From contig QEVC01000002.1 of the NCBI GenBank assembly GCA_003576945.1, positions 5,792 to 69,791 of the forward strand: a stretch of DNA of 64,000 bases, given 5' to 3'. Below are positions 8,780 through 18,233 of this stretch, in pieces. Origin of the DNA: Candidatus Microgenomates bacterium (lineage in GTDB: Bacteria > Patescibacteriota > Microgenomatia > UBA1400 > UBA12108). The notes under the pieces were generated by a model. The model saw nothing but the letters and a program-made list of their open reading frames with translations, was not told the origin of the DNA and did not search any database. The position numbers were made by a program, and so were the translations under genes. The first letter of the stretch is position 1, and every line of letters starts with the position of its first letter.

Positions 8780-9172
8780 TTACTCGTGATGAAAACCTAA
8801 TAAATGCATGAGTCCATGCTCTGCCAAAAACTGGATCTGTGAATCTACTTTGATCTGTTTTTCGAGTGCCTCTTCTACCGCGACCGGATAGCAAATCACA
8901 ATATCTCCAAGTCTGAGCATCCCATCAGGCGATGCCACAAATGGCCTATCATCTGCTTGATCATTTAAAGGAAACGATAAAACGTCAGTCGGGCCCGGTA
9001 GCTGCATAAAGTCTAGGTGGAGCTGGGTCATTTTGCGTGACCCCACTACCTGCACCTCCACCACCACGTTATCCGTGAGTCTGTGACGCGCCAAAACTTT
9101 TGTTAAATGCGCACGTAGCGTTGCTCGATCAAAAGGGAACTTAGCATCTGCAATAATATCGATTGTAATCAT
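8780..9172 (-). CDS. ybeY: rRNA maturation endoribonuclease YbeY
   Basis: Metal-binding motif 'EHGLMHLLGFHHE'. Confidence 0.85.
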   Translation of the reverse strand: MITIDIIADAKFPFDRATLRAHLTKVLARHRLTDNVVVEVQVVGSRKMTQLHLDFMQLPGPTDVLSFPLNDQADDRPFVASPDGMLRLGDIVICYPVAVEEALEKQIKVDSQIQFLAEHGLMHLLGFHHE

Positions 9173-9603
9173 TTTGACAATAACTCTTTTACCACCTTTG
9201 CGACAACTGCCGAATCTGCCTGGCCCTTAAGCTCCGCAAGCGCCATCTTCATTACCTCACCCATATTCTTCCCTGCCCACTGTCCACTAACAGCTGACAG
9301 CTTACCTTTTACCTCCTCCTCACTCATCATCTTGGGGAGATACTGTTCGATGACGGATAGCTCAAATTCTTCGGTTTTAGCTAGCTCTTCTCGACCCCCA
9401 CTCCTGTATGCGAGCACGCTCTCCCGCCTCTTCTTCGCTTCTTTGGTCAGGATCGCCACTTCGTCTGCTTCGGTCATCTCTGGTTTATCTACCAGCGCAT
9501 ACTTCAAAGACGAGATTAACATCCGCACAGCCGACAGCCGCGCCGAATCTCGGGCCTTCATCGCCGTCTTCATCTCTTCTGTCAGCTTAGCTAGTATCGA
9601 CAT
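9169..9603 (-). CDS. GatB/YqeY domain protein
   Basis: 144 aa YqeY-like. Sits between rpsU and ybeY, as in many bacteria. Confidence 0.75.
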   Translation of the reverse strand: MSILAKLTEEMKTAMKARDSARLSAVRMLISSLKYALVDKPEMTEADEVAILTKEAKKRRESVLAYRSGGREELAKTEEFELSVIEQYLPKMMSEEEVKGKLSAVSGQWAGKNMGEVMKMALAELKGQADSAVVAKVVKELLSK

Positions 9604-9815
9604 TATTTTTTCTTGGCCGCTGCACGTTGCATACGATCCACATACTTTTTACGTCGAATTTCGTTATTACGTTCTTTACGTTTCATCGCATCAGTCTTGT
9701 GAAACTCACGGTCTCTCACTTCGTCAATGATATTTTCGTTCAGAACTTTTTTCTTAAATCGTTTGATCAAAGAATCTGCTGACTCATCTTTTTTTGCTTT
9801 GACTATGATTGGCAT
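9603..9815 (-). CDS. rpsU: 30S ribosomal protein S21
   Basis: 'MPIIVKAKKDESADSLIKRFKKKV...EFHKTDAMKRKERNNEIRRKK'. Confidence 0.9.
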   Translation of the reverse strand: MPIIVKAKKDESADSLIKRFKKKVLNENIIDEVRDREFHKTDAMKRKERNNEIRRKKYVDRMQRAAAKKK

Positions 9816-9820
9816 AAAAA

Positions 9821-10666
9821 TTAAAACACCTCCTTAACCAGCTCCACTACCTCATCTATTCCAAGGTGAGTAGGCTCTTTGGGACTCGATTTGTCCGACC
9901 CATTAAGTAGCATCTGACAAGATGGATGCAAAAACCATTGGTCAGGTCTATCGTGCTCTAGTATTTTATCATAAAGTACTGTTAGATCGATATTTTTCTC
10001 TGGCACCGCTTTAATCCGCATGTGGCCATAATCCGGATGTTTCAGTATAACAAGCGAATATCCTTGCTTCTGCGCGATCTTAATCGCCTCACTATTAGCC
10101 GACAACATCGCGATTCCTCGCCCCTTCTCCCAACTAAACTCAACACCCATTTTTATCTCTTCCTCTGCTTTTACTACCTGTTTAAGCCTCTGATAGACCC
10201 CATCTAAGTAAATAAAAACGTAGCGAGCCACCGCCTCATTATCCATAACTTGTAGGGTATGTAAGGATGGAATTACCTCGTGGAGTGTATAAGAGTAGCG
10301 GGTAGCCATGGGTTCATCCCAACCAGAATCCTCAAATCGATCAATCGCAAGCGAAAATTCTACCATCTGGCGAATCGCGGTATCACTTGGTGCTACTAAT
10401 CCTTGTGCTACTAAATGTTCATACACGAGCTTGGCCGCACACGTCTCATAGCCACCAGGTAGGTGGTGGTCAAATCGCCCATATCCCACATCCACATGTA
10501 TTACGTCAGGGTCAGTGTCTACCGGGAGGTTTTTATAAGTTGTGCTAGCAGGGACAAACTCTAGGTGAGCATCGCCATAGTGAGACTGATCAAACCTAAC
10601 TAAGAGCCAGAGTGAGGTAATAGCATCTAGATCTGGGTTTTTGTGGGTGACTAGTGTCTTGGCCAT
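9821..10666 (-). CDS. DHH-family phosphoesterase (nanoRNase-like, short)
   Basis: 'HKNPDLDAITS' and 'FDHH' motifs; 281 aa, apparently lacking a full DHHA1 domain. Confidence 0.55.
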   Translation of the reverse strand: MAKTLVTHKNPDLDAITSLWLLVRFDQSHYGDAHLEFVPASTTYKNLPVDTDPDVIHVDVGYGRFDHHLPGGYETCAAKLVYEHLVAQGLVAPSDTAIRQMVEFSLAIDRFEDSGWDEPMATRYSYTLHEVIPSLHTLQVMDNEAVARYVFIYLDGVYQRLKQVVKAEEEIKMGVEFSWEKGRGIAMLSANSEAIKIAQKQGYSLVILKHPDYGHMRIKAVPEKNIDLTVLYDKILEHDRPDQWFLHPSCQMLLNGSDKSSPKEPTHLGIDEVVELVKEVF

Positions 10667-10694
10667 ACACTCATTCTACAACTCAGCACGTGTC

Positions 10695-10723
10695 TTGACT
10701 ACCGCCAAGCAATGTCCTATAAT
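10695..10723 (+). promoter_or_regulatory. consensus sigma70-type promoter (TTGACT-N17-TATAAT)
   Basis: TTGACT at 10695-10700, 17-nt spacer, TATAAT at 10718-10723. A leader of about 160 nt precedes the ATG at 10886. Confidence 0.45.
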
Positions 10724-10885
10724 ACTATGAATGTTCACGCCTAGTGAGGTATCTGCCAATTATCATGTTCAAGGATATAACGACTTTGAACGTGCTCCAG
10801 ATAAAAAACAATTCTCTGGGGAGGATGTCAGGCATCTGTTCTACTCTTTTTAATAAGATCATTTACTAATAATACAAACCTATCC

Positions 10886-11556
10886 ATGTTAGATATTGCT
10901 AATATGGCTGAAAAAAGTGGTGTAGGATTTTTTGACTTAGAGTATGCAACCAAAATCTCTTATGCAGCTATATACACAATAGCCAACCTCGCACTACCCA
11001 ACCATAGAGTTGACTTTTATCATACTGCAGCCTACGAAGAAATAAGGGCCCAAAAACCCACAAACTACTTTGGGATAGAGGCGAGGAAAGTGTACTTAGA
11101 TATGAACGGAAAACAGACGACCCACTACGGAGCTAATGAATATTCTCAAGCTGCCTCAATATCAAAAACTCTTAGAAATGGAGGAGCCGCCATCCCACTG
11201 CTAGATGCTAATACTTTATATGGCAATAAAAAAAGAAAGGAATATTAAAATTAGCTGATAAAAATTCTAGTCACAAAGGAAAAGCTTCTCCACTTCATGT
11301 AGTAGCACTCACAGGATTAACCGAATCAGGAGATATATCTGTAGTTGATCCTGAGCCAGGATACTCAAATACACCAATACTTGCGTTGCTGGATTCATTA
11401 AATATGCTCCGTATCAAATCTGGTAAATTAACTTATGATCAAGCTCAAGAGTACGCCAAAAAATATCACCCATATCATTCAGTTTACTATAGCCTTCCTA
11501 CTACAACAATAATCGATGCACTTCGCTGGTGCACGATCACAATCAATCCGAGATAG
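10886..11556 (+). pseudogene. papain/C39-like peptidase-like gene interrupted by a -1 frameshift in an A7 run
   Basis: Frame 2 ORF ends at 11248. Frame 1 continues from about 11230 to the TAG at 11554-11556, encoding 'HVVALTGLTESGDISVVDPEPG' (C39_2-like His/Asp region). The break maps to aaaaaaa at 11230-11236. Confidence 0.4.
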
Positions 11557-11559
11557 TAC

Positions 11560-12558
11560 TCATGACATAACTCTAACCATCACCTTCGCGAGCTTGTCTG
11601 AGTCATGACGTACCATACTCCTGACAAGATTGTCCCCTTTTTCTTTTTTCACCTTCCCCTTTGCCAGTAGTTTTTCTCTAATTACTTGATACTTAGCACT
11701 CGGTACTTTCGTCTCGTCTAGATCATCCTCCACCCACTCTGCCCCCTCTTTTTTATACGCTTTTTCGACCGCCGGCTCAGTTGTCCTGTCTATGTTAACG
11801 ATGACATGAGTGAGGCGCGATAGTGGCAGATACCTACCTAAATCATTCAAATAATCGCTCGCCTTATAACCGTAGCTCTCTCCCCTCTTGGTCATCACAT
11901 TCATCACAAAGACGAGCTTGGCATAGCTCTTATTTATGGCCTCAGTTACTCCCCTAATCACCAAGTTGGCGACCGTATTGGTATAGAGATCACCTGGGCC
12001 GAGCACGATCAGATCGGCTTCTCTAATCGCCCGCTCAGCCTCAGGATCAATCTTAACCTGTGGAATGGTACGAAAACTCACGATCCGCTCTCGCCCTGTG
12101 GTCCCCTTCCCTGTATCTATCCCGTGCTCACCCAACACTTCTGTCCCGTCGGCATAGGTAGCAAGCAAGGACACCGTCTCATACGAAACTGGCAAAATCT
12201 TGCCGCGCACATCTAAGAGCTGTGCCGTCTGCTTTATCGCCTCACGCTGTGACCCTGTAATGTCTGAGACCGCCGCCATAAAGAGATTGCCAAACGTCAT
12301 TCCCGAGATCCCAACTCCTTGGTAGTAGCGGTAAGAAAATAGCTTGCGCAGTAGTCCTTCATTCTCCGATAATGCCACCATGCACTGCCTCACCCCAGAT
12401 GTTGGGAGTAGCCCAAACTCATCTCGCAGTACCTTATTGCTCCCCCCATCATCCGACATAGTAACAACAGCTGATATGTCGATGTCGTGGTATTTCTTTA
12501 ACCCACGCAAAACTGTGTAAGTCCCCGTCCCGCCGCCGATTACTACGATCCGCTTCAT
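11560..12558 (-). CDS. YvcK/CofD-like gluconeogenesis-factor family protein (UPF0052)
   Basis: 'RIVVIGGGTGTYTVLRGLK' N-terminus typical of the YvcK family. Confidence 0.75.
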   Translation of the reverse strand: MKRIVVIGGGTGTYTVLRGLKKYHDIDISAVVTMSDDGGSNKVLRDEFGLLPTSGVRQCMVALSENEGLLRKLFSYRYYQGVGISGMTFGNLFMAAVSDITGSQREAIKQTAQLLDVRGKILPVSYETVSLLATYADGTEVLGEHGIDTGKGTTGRERIVSFRTIPQVKIDPEAERAIREADLIVLGPGDLYTNTVANLVIRGVTEAINKSYAKLVFVMNVMTKRGESYGYKASDYLNDLGRYLPLSRLTHVIVNIDRTTEPAVEKAYKKEGAEWVEDDLDETKVPSAKYQVIREKLLAKGKVKKEKGDNLVRSMVRHDSDKLAKVMVRVMS

Positions 12559-12564
12559 ATGTTT

Positions 12565-12584
12565 CAGACAATCAGAAAACTCAG
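12565..12584. repeat. left arm of a perfect 20-bp inverted repeat (cagacaatcagaaaactcag) bracketing the four-helix-bundle gene; TCAGA-periodic flank
   Basis: Exact reverse complement of 13024-13043. TCAGA recurs every 8-16 nt through 12572-12628. Confidence 0.8.
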
Positions 12585-12604
12585 AACATCGGATTATCAG
12601 ATAT

Positions 12605-13000
12605 TCAGAATTTATCAGATCTCCAGATAGAATGTAATTTGTTGATCCTTTTTGAGAGTGTTTTATACTTAATAGCGAGATTCTCGATATCTTTTTGTAG
12701 TCTAGGTACTGCGTGATATATCGTTCTAAAGTGAGTTACCACTTCATCACTTGATCCAATGGAAATTTTCAAAAATCGCTTAAACTCTTTTTCGGATGAT
12801 CTTTTTGCAAACCCTTCAGAAATATTGGCAGAAATAGACTTAGCAGCACGTTTTAATTGGTTAATTGAGTCAGTCTCAGATTTAGGTAATTTTCGCAACA
12901 GGTCATATAAATGCTTAATTAAATCTAATGACTCTGTATACACACTAAGATCAGTGACGTCTCTTATCATTAACTTATAATACCAAATATTCTGGTTCAC
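12605..13000 (-). CDS. four-helix-bundle protein (23S rRNA intervening-sequence protein / Avd-like family)
   Basis: 'QLKRAAKSISANISEGFAKRSSEKEFKRFLKISIGSSDEVVTHF' is typical of TIGR02436. The track start is GTG; an ATG at 12968-12970 would give 121 aa. Confidence 0.8.
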   Translation of the reverse strand: MNQNIWYYKLMIRDVTDLSVYTESLDLIKHLYDLLRKLPKSETDSINQLKRAAKSISANISEGFAKRSSEKEFKRFLKISIGSSDEVVTHFRTIYHAVPRLQKDIENLAIKYKTLSKRINKLHSIWRSDKF

Positions 13001-13023
13001 CGACTCTCAGGCTCACTGATTCT

Positions 13024-13043
13024 CTGAGTTTTCTGATTGTCTG
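13024..13043. repeat. right arm of the 20-bp inverted repeat (ctgagttttctgattgtctg)
   Basis: Reverse complement of 12565-12584. The flank 13000-13043 is TCTG-periodic. Confidence 0.8.
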
Positions 13044-13048
13044 GAATG

Positions 13049-14125
13049 CTAGCTAAAAAAGATATCCTTAATCGTGATCACAATCAATAAGAGAATTAAT
13101 AGTCCCATTCCGACCGCGTTAACATACTGTTCCGCTTTGGCCACTCTCTTACGCCCGATCACCTTCTCTAGCCCCACCATGAGCAGCCTCCCACCATCTA
13201 GCGCTGGGATCGGTAGCAAATTGAAGATCGCCAGGTTTAGTGAGATTATCCCAACAAAACGGAGGGTTACATCCCAACCCATCGAGACAGCCTGCTGCCC
13301 CACCTTCACAACTTGTACTGGTCCACCTACATTCTTAATCAGCTCGGTCGGCTGCATAAAGGTTCGCAAAAATTCTCGACTCCAACCCATCGCTTCTTTA
13401 AATCCCTCTACAGTCCCAACAATTGGTGCTTGATACCACGGCAGTTTTTCATATTTAAAAATCGGTACAGTAGAAACCGCCACCCCCAGCGCTCCCTCAC
13501 CTACGGGTGGGTTTTCTCTTGGCACGACCGTAACCACTCGACTCTCGCCACTTCTCTCGCCATTAGCATCAACACTAGTTACCCAAAGTGTTACACTCAT
13601 CCCTTTGCGTTCTTTGATTAGGTCTACAAATTCACTCGAGTTCTTAATCTCAGTTTCGTCAATTTTATATACCACTTCCCCCGTCACAAGGTCAGCGATC
13701 GCAGCCGGCGAGTTGGGCAATACCTCCGAGATCATTACTTGCTCACCCACCTCTTTTGGCACTCCTTTTATTGAATAGATTGTTGAAAAAGCTAAGATGC
13801 CCACCACAAAATTAACAAACACGCCTGCCAGGATTACGAGTGCTCGCTGCCACGCAGGTTTTGCAAAGAACATTTTTTTACGCAAAAATGGGTTAACTTT
13901 TTCCCAGAGTGATGGGTCGTGATCCTCACCAGCTAGCCGCACAAATCCTCCAAGCGGAAGCCAGTTGAGGGTAAATTCAGTTTCTCGCCAGGTAAACAGT
14001 TTAAGCGCTTTTGGAGGTATCCCAATCCCAAATTCCTCAACCTTTACCCCAAAAATCTTAGCCACAATATAGTGCCCAAACTCATGAAGTAAAATGAGTA
14101 GCGACAAAAGTATAATTGTAGTCAT
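13049..14125 (-). CDS. rseP: site-2 protease RseP (M50 zinc metalloprotease with PDZ)
   Basis: 'HEFGHYIVAK' HExxH motif in a TM helix, PDZ region, LDGG motif. Confidence 0.9.
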   Translation of the reverse strand: MTTIILLSLLILLHEFGHYIVAKIFGVKVEEFGIGIPPKALKLFTWRETEFTLNWLPLGGFVRLAGEDHDPSLWEKVNPFLRKKMFFAKPAWQRALVILAGVFVNFVVGILAFSTIYSIKGVPKEVGEQVMISEVLPNSPAAIADLVTGEVVYKIDETEIKNSSEFVDLIKERKGMSVTLWVTSVDANGERSGESRVVTVVPRENPPVGEGALGVAVSTVPIFKYEKLPWYQAPIVGTVEGFKEAMGWSREFLRTFMQPTELIKNVGGPVQVVKVGQQAVSMGWDVTLRFVGIISLNLAIFNLLPIPALDGGRLLMVGLEKVIGRKRVAKAEQYVNAVGMGLLILLLIVITIKDIFFS

Positions 14126-14158
14126 CCTGCCATGATACCATGGCGGGCGCCCTAGAGC

Positions 14159-14608
14159 CTAGAGGACTGCAATCGAGAGAACACGAATGTTTTCGCCAGT
14201 TTTACCTGAAACAGATTTAATCAATTTTTCAATTGTCGAACTACTGTCTCTAAGATAATCTTGGGCCAAAAGCTCCTCTACATTTTCAGGTTTCATCGAA
14301 GCACATTGCATCGCGATCTCACGTCCGAGATGTTGAAAGTCTTCGGTCTTTGCGACAAAGTCTGTTTCGCAGGCAAGCTTAACCAGCGCCCCAACTTTAC
14401 CGTTAAAGTGAACATAGGAAAAGACATATCCCGCTTCAGTTGTTCGATCAGCTTTTTCTGCTGCTCGTGTTAGGCCTTTTTCCGTGATCCAGGCTTTAGC
14501 CTTTTTCATGTCGCCATCAGATGCAGTTAGTGCCTTGCGTACGTCCATAATCCCAGCCCCTGTTTCTTCGCGAAGCTGTTTAATCTGGTCCATTGTTATA
14601 TTTGTCAT
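14159..14608 (-). CDS. tsf: elongation factor Ts (short form)
   Basis: 'MTNITMDQIKQLREETGAGIMDVRKAL'. Start trimmed from 14665. Confidence 0.85.
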   Translation of the reverse strand: MTNITMDQIKQLREETGAGIMDVRKALTASDGDMKKAKAWITEKGLTRAAEKADRTTEAGYVFSYVHFNGKVGALVKLACETDFVAKTEDFQHLGREIAMQCASMKPENVEELLAQDYLRDSSSTIEKLIKSVSGKTGENIRVLSIAVL

Positions 14609-14636
14609 ATTATTTCCCCATACTAAATACAAAATT

Positions 14637-15407
14637 CTAAATATTAGACACTGCTCTCTTAGCAAGCGCTAACCCCTCCTCGATCGCGTGGGTTACTGCT
14701 GTAACTAGCATCACAACACTCTTTAGAGCGTCGTCATTCGCAGGAATTACCTTGGTAATTCCGTCTGGATTACAGTTACTATCACAGATCGCAACCACTG
14801 GGACCTCACGGAGTAAACTCTCACGTAATGCGGTAGTTTCACGCGTTGGATCAACTATAAAGATCGCTTTGGGAAGTTCTTTAAGTGTCACCACCCCACC
14901 GTACATGCGCGTGAGACGATCCATTTCTTTCTTGAGTACTACCTGTTCTTTTTTGGTATATTTAGCGTATGCTCCAGTCTCAAATGCCTTACGCATTTCA
15001 ACTAGTTTGTTAATACGACCCTTAAGCATTTCCCAGTTGGTAAATAGTCCGCCCACCCAGCGAGTTGCGATATAAGGCACCCCGATTCGTTCTGCTTCGG
15101 CTTTGATTGTTGGTGCAGCCTGTCCCTTAGTTCCAACCAAGAGTACCTGGCCACCTTTAGCAACTATTTCTTTGAGATATTCGCAAGCATCTTTTAGCTG
15201 TTCATGGGTCTTAATCAGGTCAAAGATCTGAACGCCATTCTTAACCGCATAAACATACTCATCCATTCTGGGGTTACGTCGCTTTACTGAATGTCCAAAA
15301 TGGACCCCAGCTTCGAGCATTTCTTTAAGTTCGGGAAAATGATATGCAGTATTTTCTACTGTCTTCTCTACTACTTCTTTTTTAGCTATTTTTGGCACTT
15401 TAGCCAT
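14637..15407 (-). CDS. rpsB: 30S ribosomal protein S2
   Basis: 'MLEAGVHFGHSVKRRNPRM'; rpsB-tsf operon. Confidence 0.9.
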   Translation of the reverse strand: MAKVPKIAKKEVVEKTVENTAYHFPELKEMLEAGVHFGHSVKRRNPRMDEYVYAVKNGVQIFDLIKTHEQLKDACEYLKEIVAKGGQVLLVGTKGQAAPTIKAEAERIGVPYIATRWVGGLFTNWEMLKGRINKLVEMRKAFETGAYAKYTKKEQVVLKKEMDRLTRMYGGVVTLKELPKAIFIVDPTRETTALRESLLREVPVVAICDSNCNPDGITKVIPANDDALKSVVMLVTAVTHAIEEGLALAKRAVSNI

Positions 15408-15505
15408 AGTTGCCTCCTTATACTTCTCTAGAGGCCTGATAATCAGGAGGTCGTCTCTAGATGTAGATTTTTATAACTTGAGGAATTATATCACAACACT
15501 CACCA

Positions 15506-15688
15506 CTACTCTATCAAATCTTTAAAACTATCTAACCACCTCTCAAAACTCATATTCTCTCTTAGATTTTCAGGTATCAGAACATACTCTAGCCAAATTC
15601 GTAAGTACTGCCAGCTAAGCGGGTGTAGCTCTGTGTCCGGAGCTACATCAGGGTCAACACGAACTATCTCATGCGCATTACTGTTCAT
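15506..15688 (-). CDS. small hypothetical protein
   Basis: 60-aa ORF between folD and rpsB; no homology recognised. Confidence 0.2.
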   Translation of the reverse strand: MNSNAHEIVRVDPDVAPDTELHPLSWQYLRIWLEYVLIPENLRENMSFERWLDSFKDLIE

Positions 15689-16448
15689 GTTTGCACCCCT
15701 TCTCCATCAGGCAGGCGATAGTCACTGGCCCTACTCCCCCAGGCACTTCCACCGACACTGATGCTTTTTGATATACTTCTTTTGCCATATCCCCACGCGG
15801 TGCGCCCACATCTATCACTACTGCCCCATCCTTTATCATCTCAGGTATAATTATCCCCTCCTCACCCACAGCGCTAATCACCACATCGCCGCTCAGGGTC
15901 ACTCCCATATCGTCCCCTCGCTCTACTCCTATCACCTGAGTCCCTCTTTTACCTAGCTCTGCTACGACTCCACTCCCCACAAATCCTTTTGCTCCCACTA
16001 CAACAATTTTTGAATCTTTAATTTTTAATTTTGAATTTACAGCAATTTCGTCAAGTATTATTAAAACTGCTGTTACTACTGGTGGTACCACCCCACTCTC
16101 CGGATATCGTAGTCCGTCCACATCTTTCTCACTCGGTATCGAAGACAGTACCTCCTTCAGGGTGTAACCCCGTAGGTCAGGGACTGGGAGCTGGAGCATC
16201 AAGCCAGTCACCTCATCTCGACTCGCGATCTCAGCTACTATATCTTTGCTTACTCTATCTAATCTCTCCACCTCAAAATCTATCCCTACCCGTATAGCCG
16301 CTTCCTGTTTGAGACGAGTATATAACACACTAGCTGGATCATTCCCTACTAAGATACTGACAATTTTTGGCTTCTGTTTTAACTGGGCGACTCTCGCCTT
16401 AACCTCATTTTCAATTTTATTTGCATAACCCTTGCCATCAAATTTCAT
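15678..16448 (-). CDS. folD: bifunctional methylene-THF dehydrogenase/methenyl-THF cyclohydrolase
   Basis: 'MKFDGKGYANKI...ILVGNDPASVLY...EKDVDGL...VPGGVGPVTIACLM'. Start trimmed to an internal Met. Confidence 0.85.
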   Translation of the reverse strand: MKFDGKGYANKIENEVKARVAQLKQKPKIVSILVGNDPASVLYTRLKQEAAIRVGIDFEVERLDRVSKDIVAEIASRDEVTGLMLQLPVPDLRGYTLKEVLSSIPSEKDVDGLRYPESGVVPPVVTAVLIILDEIAVNSKLKIKDSKIVVVGAKGFVGSGVVAELGKRGTQVIGVERGDDMGVTLSGDVVISAVGEEGIIIPEMIKDGAVVIDVGAPRGDMAKEVYQKASVSVEVPGGVGPVTIACLMEKGCKHEQ

Positions 16449-16455
16449 GTGGTTA

Positions 16456-16950
16456 TTATACCCGCTCGAGAATGAGATATCGGAATTTGATACCATTTTC
16501 TTCTTTAGACTCCTCCGAGAGGACTTTAGAAAAATCGCTATATTTTGGGAAAAATGCATCTCCCTCAACTTCTAGCTCGACTTTTGTCATATAAATTCGA
16601 GATACAAATGGCAAGGCTTGAGCAAAAATTGCAGCTCCACCAGCAACAAATACTTCATCACTTTCTATTTCTTTTGCTTTTACTAGTGCCTCTTCGAGGC
16701 TGTGACATACATAACACTTCGGCAAGCCTACTTGATATTCAGTATTTTTTGTCAAAATAATCTGCTTACGATCAGGTAATGGTTTACCTCTAGATTCATA
16801 GGCATTTTTCAGTTGCTCAAAGGTCAATCTTCCGACTATGATCGTTTTACCCTCTGTCATCATCCTAAAACGACGCAGGTCGTCACGTATATGCCAAGCC
16901 AACTCGTTACCGCTCCCGATTACTAAATTGTTAGCAACAGCTACTATCAT
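16456..16950 (-). CDS. folA: dihydrofolate reductase
   Basis: 'MIVAVANNLVIGSGNELAWHIRDDLRRF'. Confidence 0.85.
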   Translation of the reverse strand: MIVAVANNLVIGSGNELAWHIRDDLRRFRMMTEGKTIIVGRLTFEQLKNAYESRGKPLPDRKQIILTKNTEYQVGLPKCYVCHSLEEALVKAKEIESDEVFVAGGAAIFAQALPFVSRIYMTKVELEVEGDAFFPKYSDFSKVLSEESKEENGIKFRYLILERV

Positions 16951-16971
16951 CGATATACGTGGTTGCATGAT

Positions 16972-17943
16972 TTAGAACCCACCCACAACAGTAATATCAC
17001 CTTTGATCGGCGGGTGTGGGTCATACCCCTCTAGTTTGATATCCTCAAACTTAAACTCATCAATATTTTTAATCTCTGGGTTAATCCAGACTTTGGGAAA
17101 AGTTCTAGGCTCTCGCTTTAGTTGCTCTTTGCACTGCTCTAGGTGGTTCTCGTAGATATGTACGTCACCAAACACGTGCACAAACTCCCCTGGTTCATAC
17201 CCGGTCACCTGTGCAATCAGCATGGTAAGCAGTGCATATGAGGCTATGTTAAAGGGCACACCGAGGAACAGGTCCGCACTGCGTTGGTAGAGTAGGAGCG
17301 AGAGCTTTTTGCCAGTGATATTGATATGAAACATCGTGTGACATGGGGCAATCACCATTGAGGCACTATGTGACCCTGACATCTCATAAATACAACCCGC
17401 ATTCCAGGCAGATACTATGTAATGCTTCTTTTGTGGATACTTTTTTATCTTCTCTATCGCCCACCCAAGCTGATCCACCTCTGTAACCTTCCCTGTCATC
17501 TCATCGTGAGCCGGCCACTTGCGCCACTGTACTCCGTAGACAGGCCCGAGCTCCCCCCATTTTTCAAGGAATTTGGGGTCACTCTTGGCCCGTGCCATAA
17601 ACTGATCAAAAGTAAGCGGCTCTTTCGCGCTTCCAGCTTTAATTGCCCATTCATATTTTTTGTAGGCCCATTCGTCCCAGATGTGAACGTCATTATCTAC
17701 CAAGTATTTGATATTAGAAGAGCCAGATAAAAACCAGATCAGTTCGTGGATAATCCCGCGGGTAAATACTTTTTTGGTGGTTAAGACTGGTAATCCCTGA
17801 GAGAGATCATAGCGAGCGATCCGGCCAAATACGCTTTTTAGCTTGACACCTGTCGAGTGCGATACCTTCCACGCCCCATTATCCATAATGTCCTGCATCA
17901 GGTCGAGATATTGATACTCCGGGTGACGTACATTTTTTGTCAT
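16972..17943 (-). CDS. thyA: thymidylate synthase
   Basis: 'YLDLMQDIMDNG...HELIWFLSGSSN'; thyA-folA-folD operon. Confidence 0.9.
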   Translation of the reverse strand: MTKNVRHPEYQYLDLMQDIMDNGAWKVSHSTGVKLKSVFGRIARYDLSQGLPVLTTKKVFTRGIIHELIWFLSGSSNIKYLVDNDVHIWDEWAYKKYEWAIKAGSAKEPLTFDQFMARAKSDPKFLEKWGELGPVYGVQWRKWPAHDEMTGKVTEVDQLGWAIEKIKKYPQKKHYIVSAWNAGCIYEMSGSHSASMVIAPCHTMFHINITGKKLSLLLYQRSADLFLGVPFNIASYALLTMLIAQVTGYEPGEFVHVFGDVHIYENHLEQCKEQLKREPRTFPKVWINPEIKNIDEFKFEDIKLEGYDPHPPIKGDITVVGGF

Positions 17944-18233
17944 ACTATGAGACCTCCTGATCACCTAATTATGCAATTATTGGCGGTTTCTATGCATTAA
18001 TAAAAATAATGTCTATAATGAGTTTACCATGATCTAAAACAGCTCCAACAACTAAAGATGTCTTTGTAAAATATTTTTCGTACTTTATGCTTTGCGCAAT
18101 AAAGTAATTTAACAAATTAAGTAAAGTTGGCTCAAATGATTTTCAGCCCGGAGCGTCTCCTCTGATACGTCAGATAGCTGTGAGGACTGCAAAATCGTTG
18201 AGACAACTTTCATCCAACTATTTAGGAGAACCC

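Noticed and set aside
12605-13000. Four-helix-bundle protein as the Avd component of a diversity-generating retroelement
   Set aside because: No reverse transcriptase, template/variable repeat pair or target gene is present within the flanking 10 kb. Flanking genes are yvcK and rseP.
17965-18233. Possible ZTP (pfl) or THF riboswitch in the divergent thyA/glyA leader, given the folate-gene context
   Set aside because: I could not recognise the conserved pfl pseudoknot or THF consensus by eye. An Rfam/cmscan run would be needed, so no claim is made.
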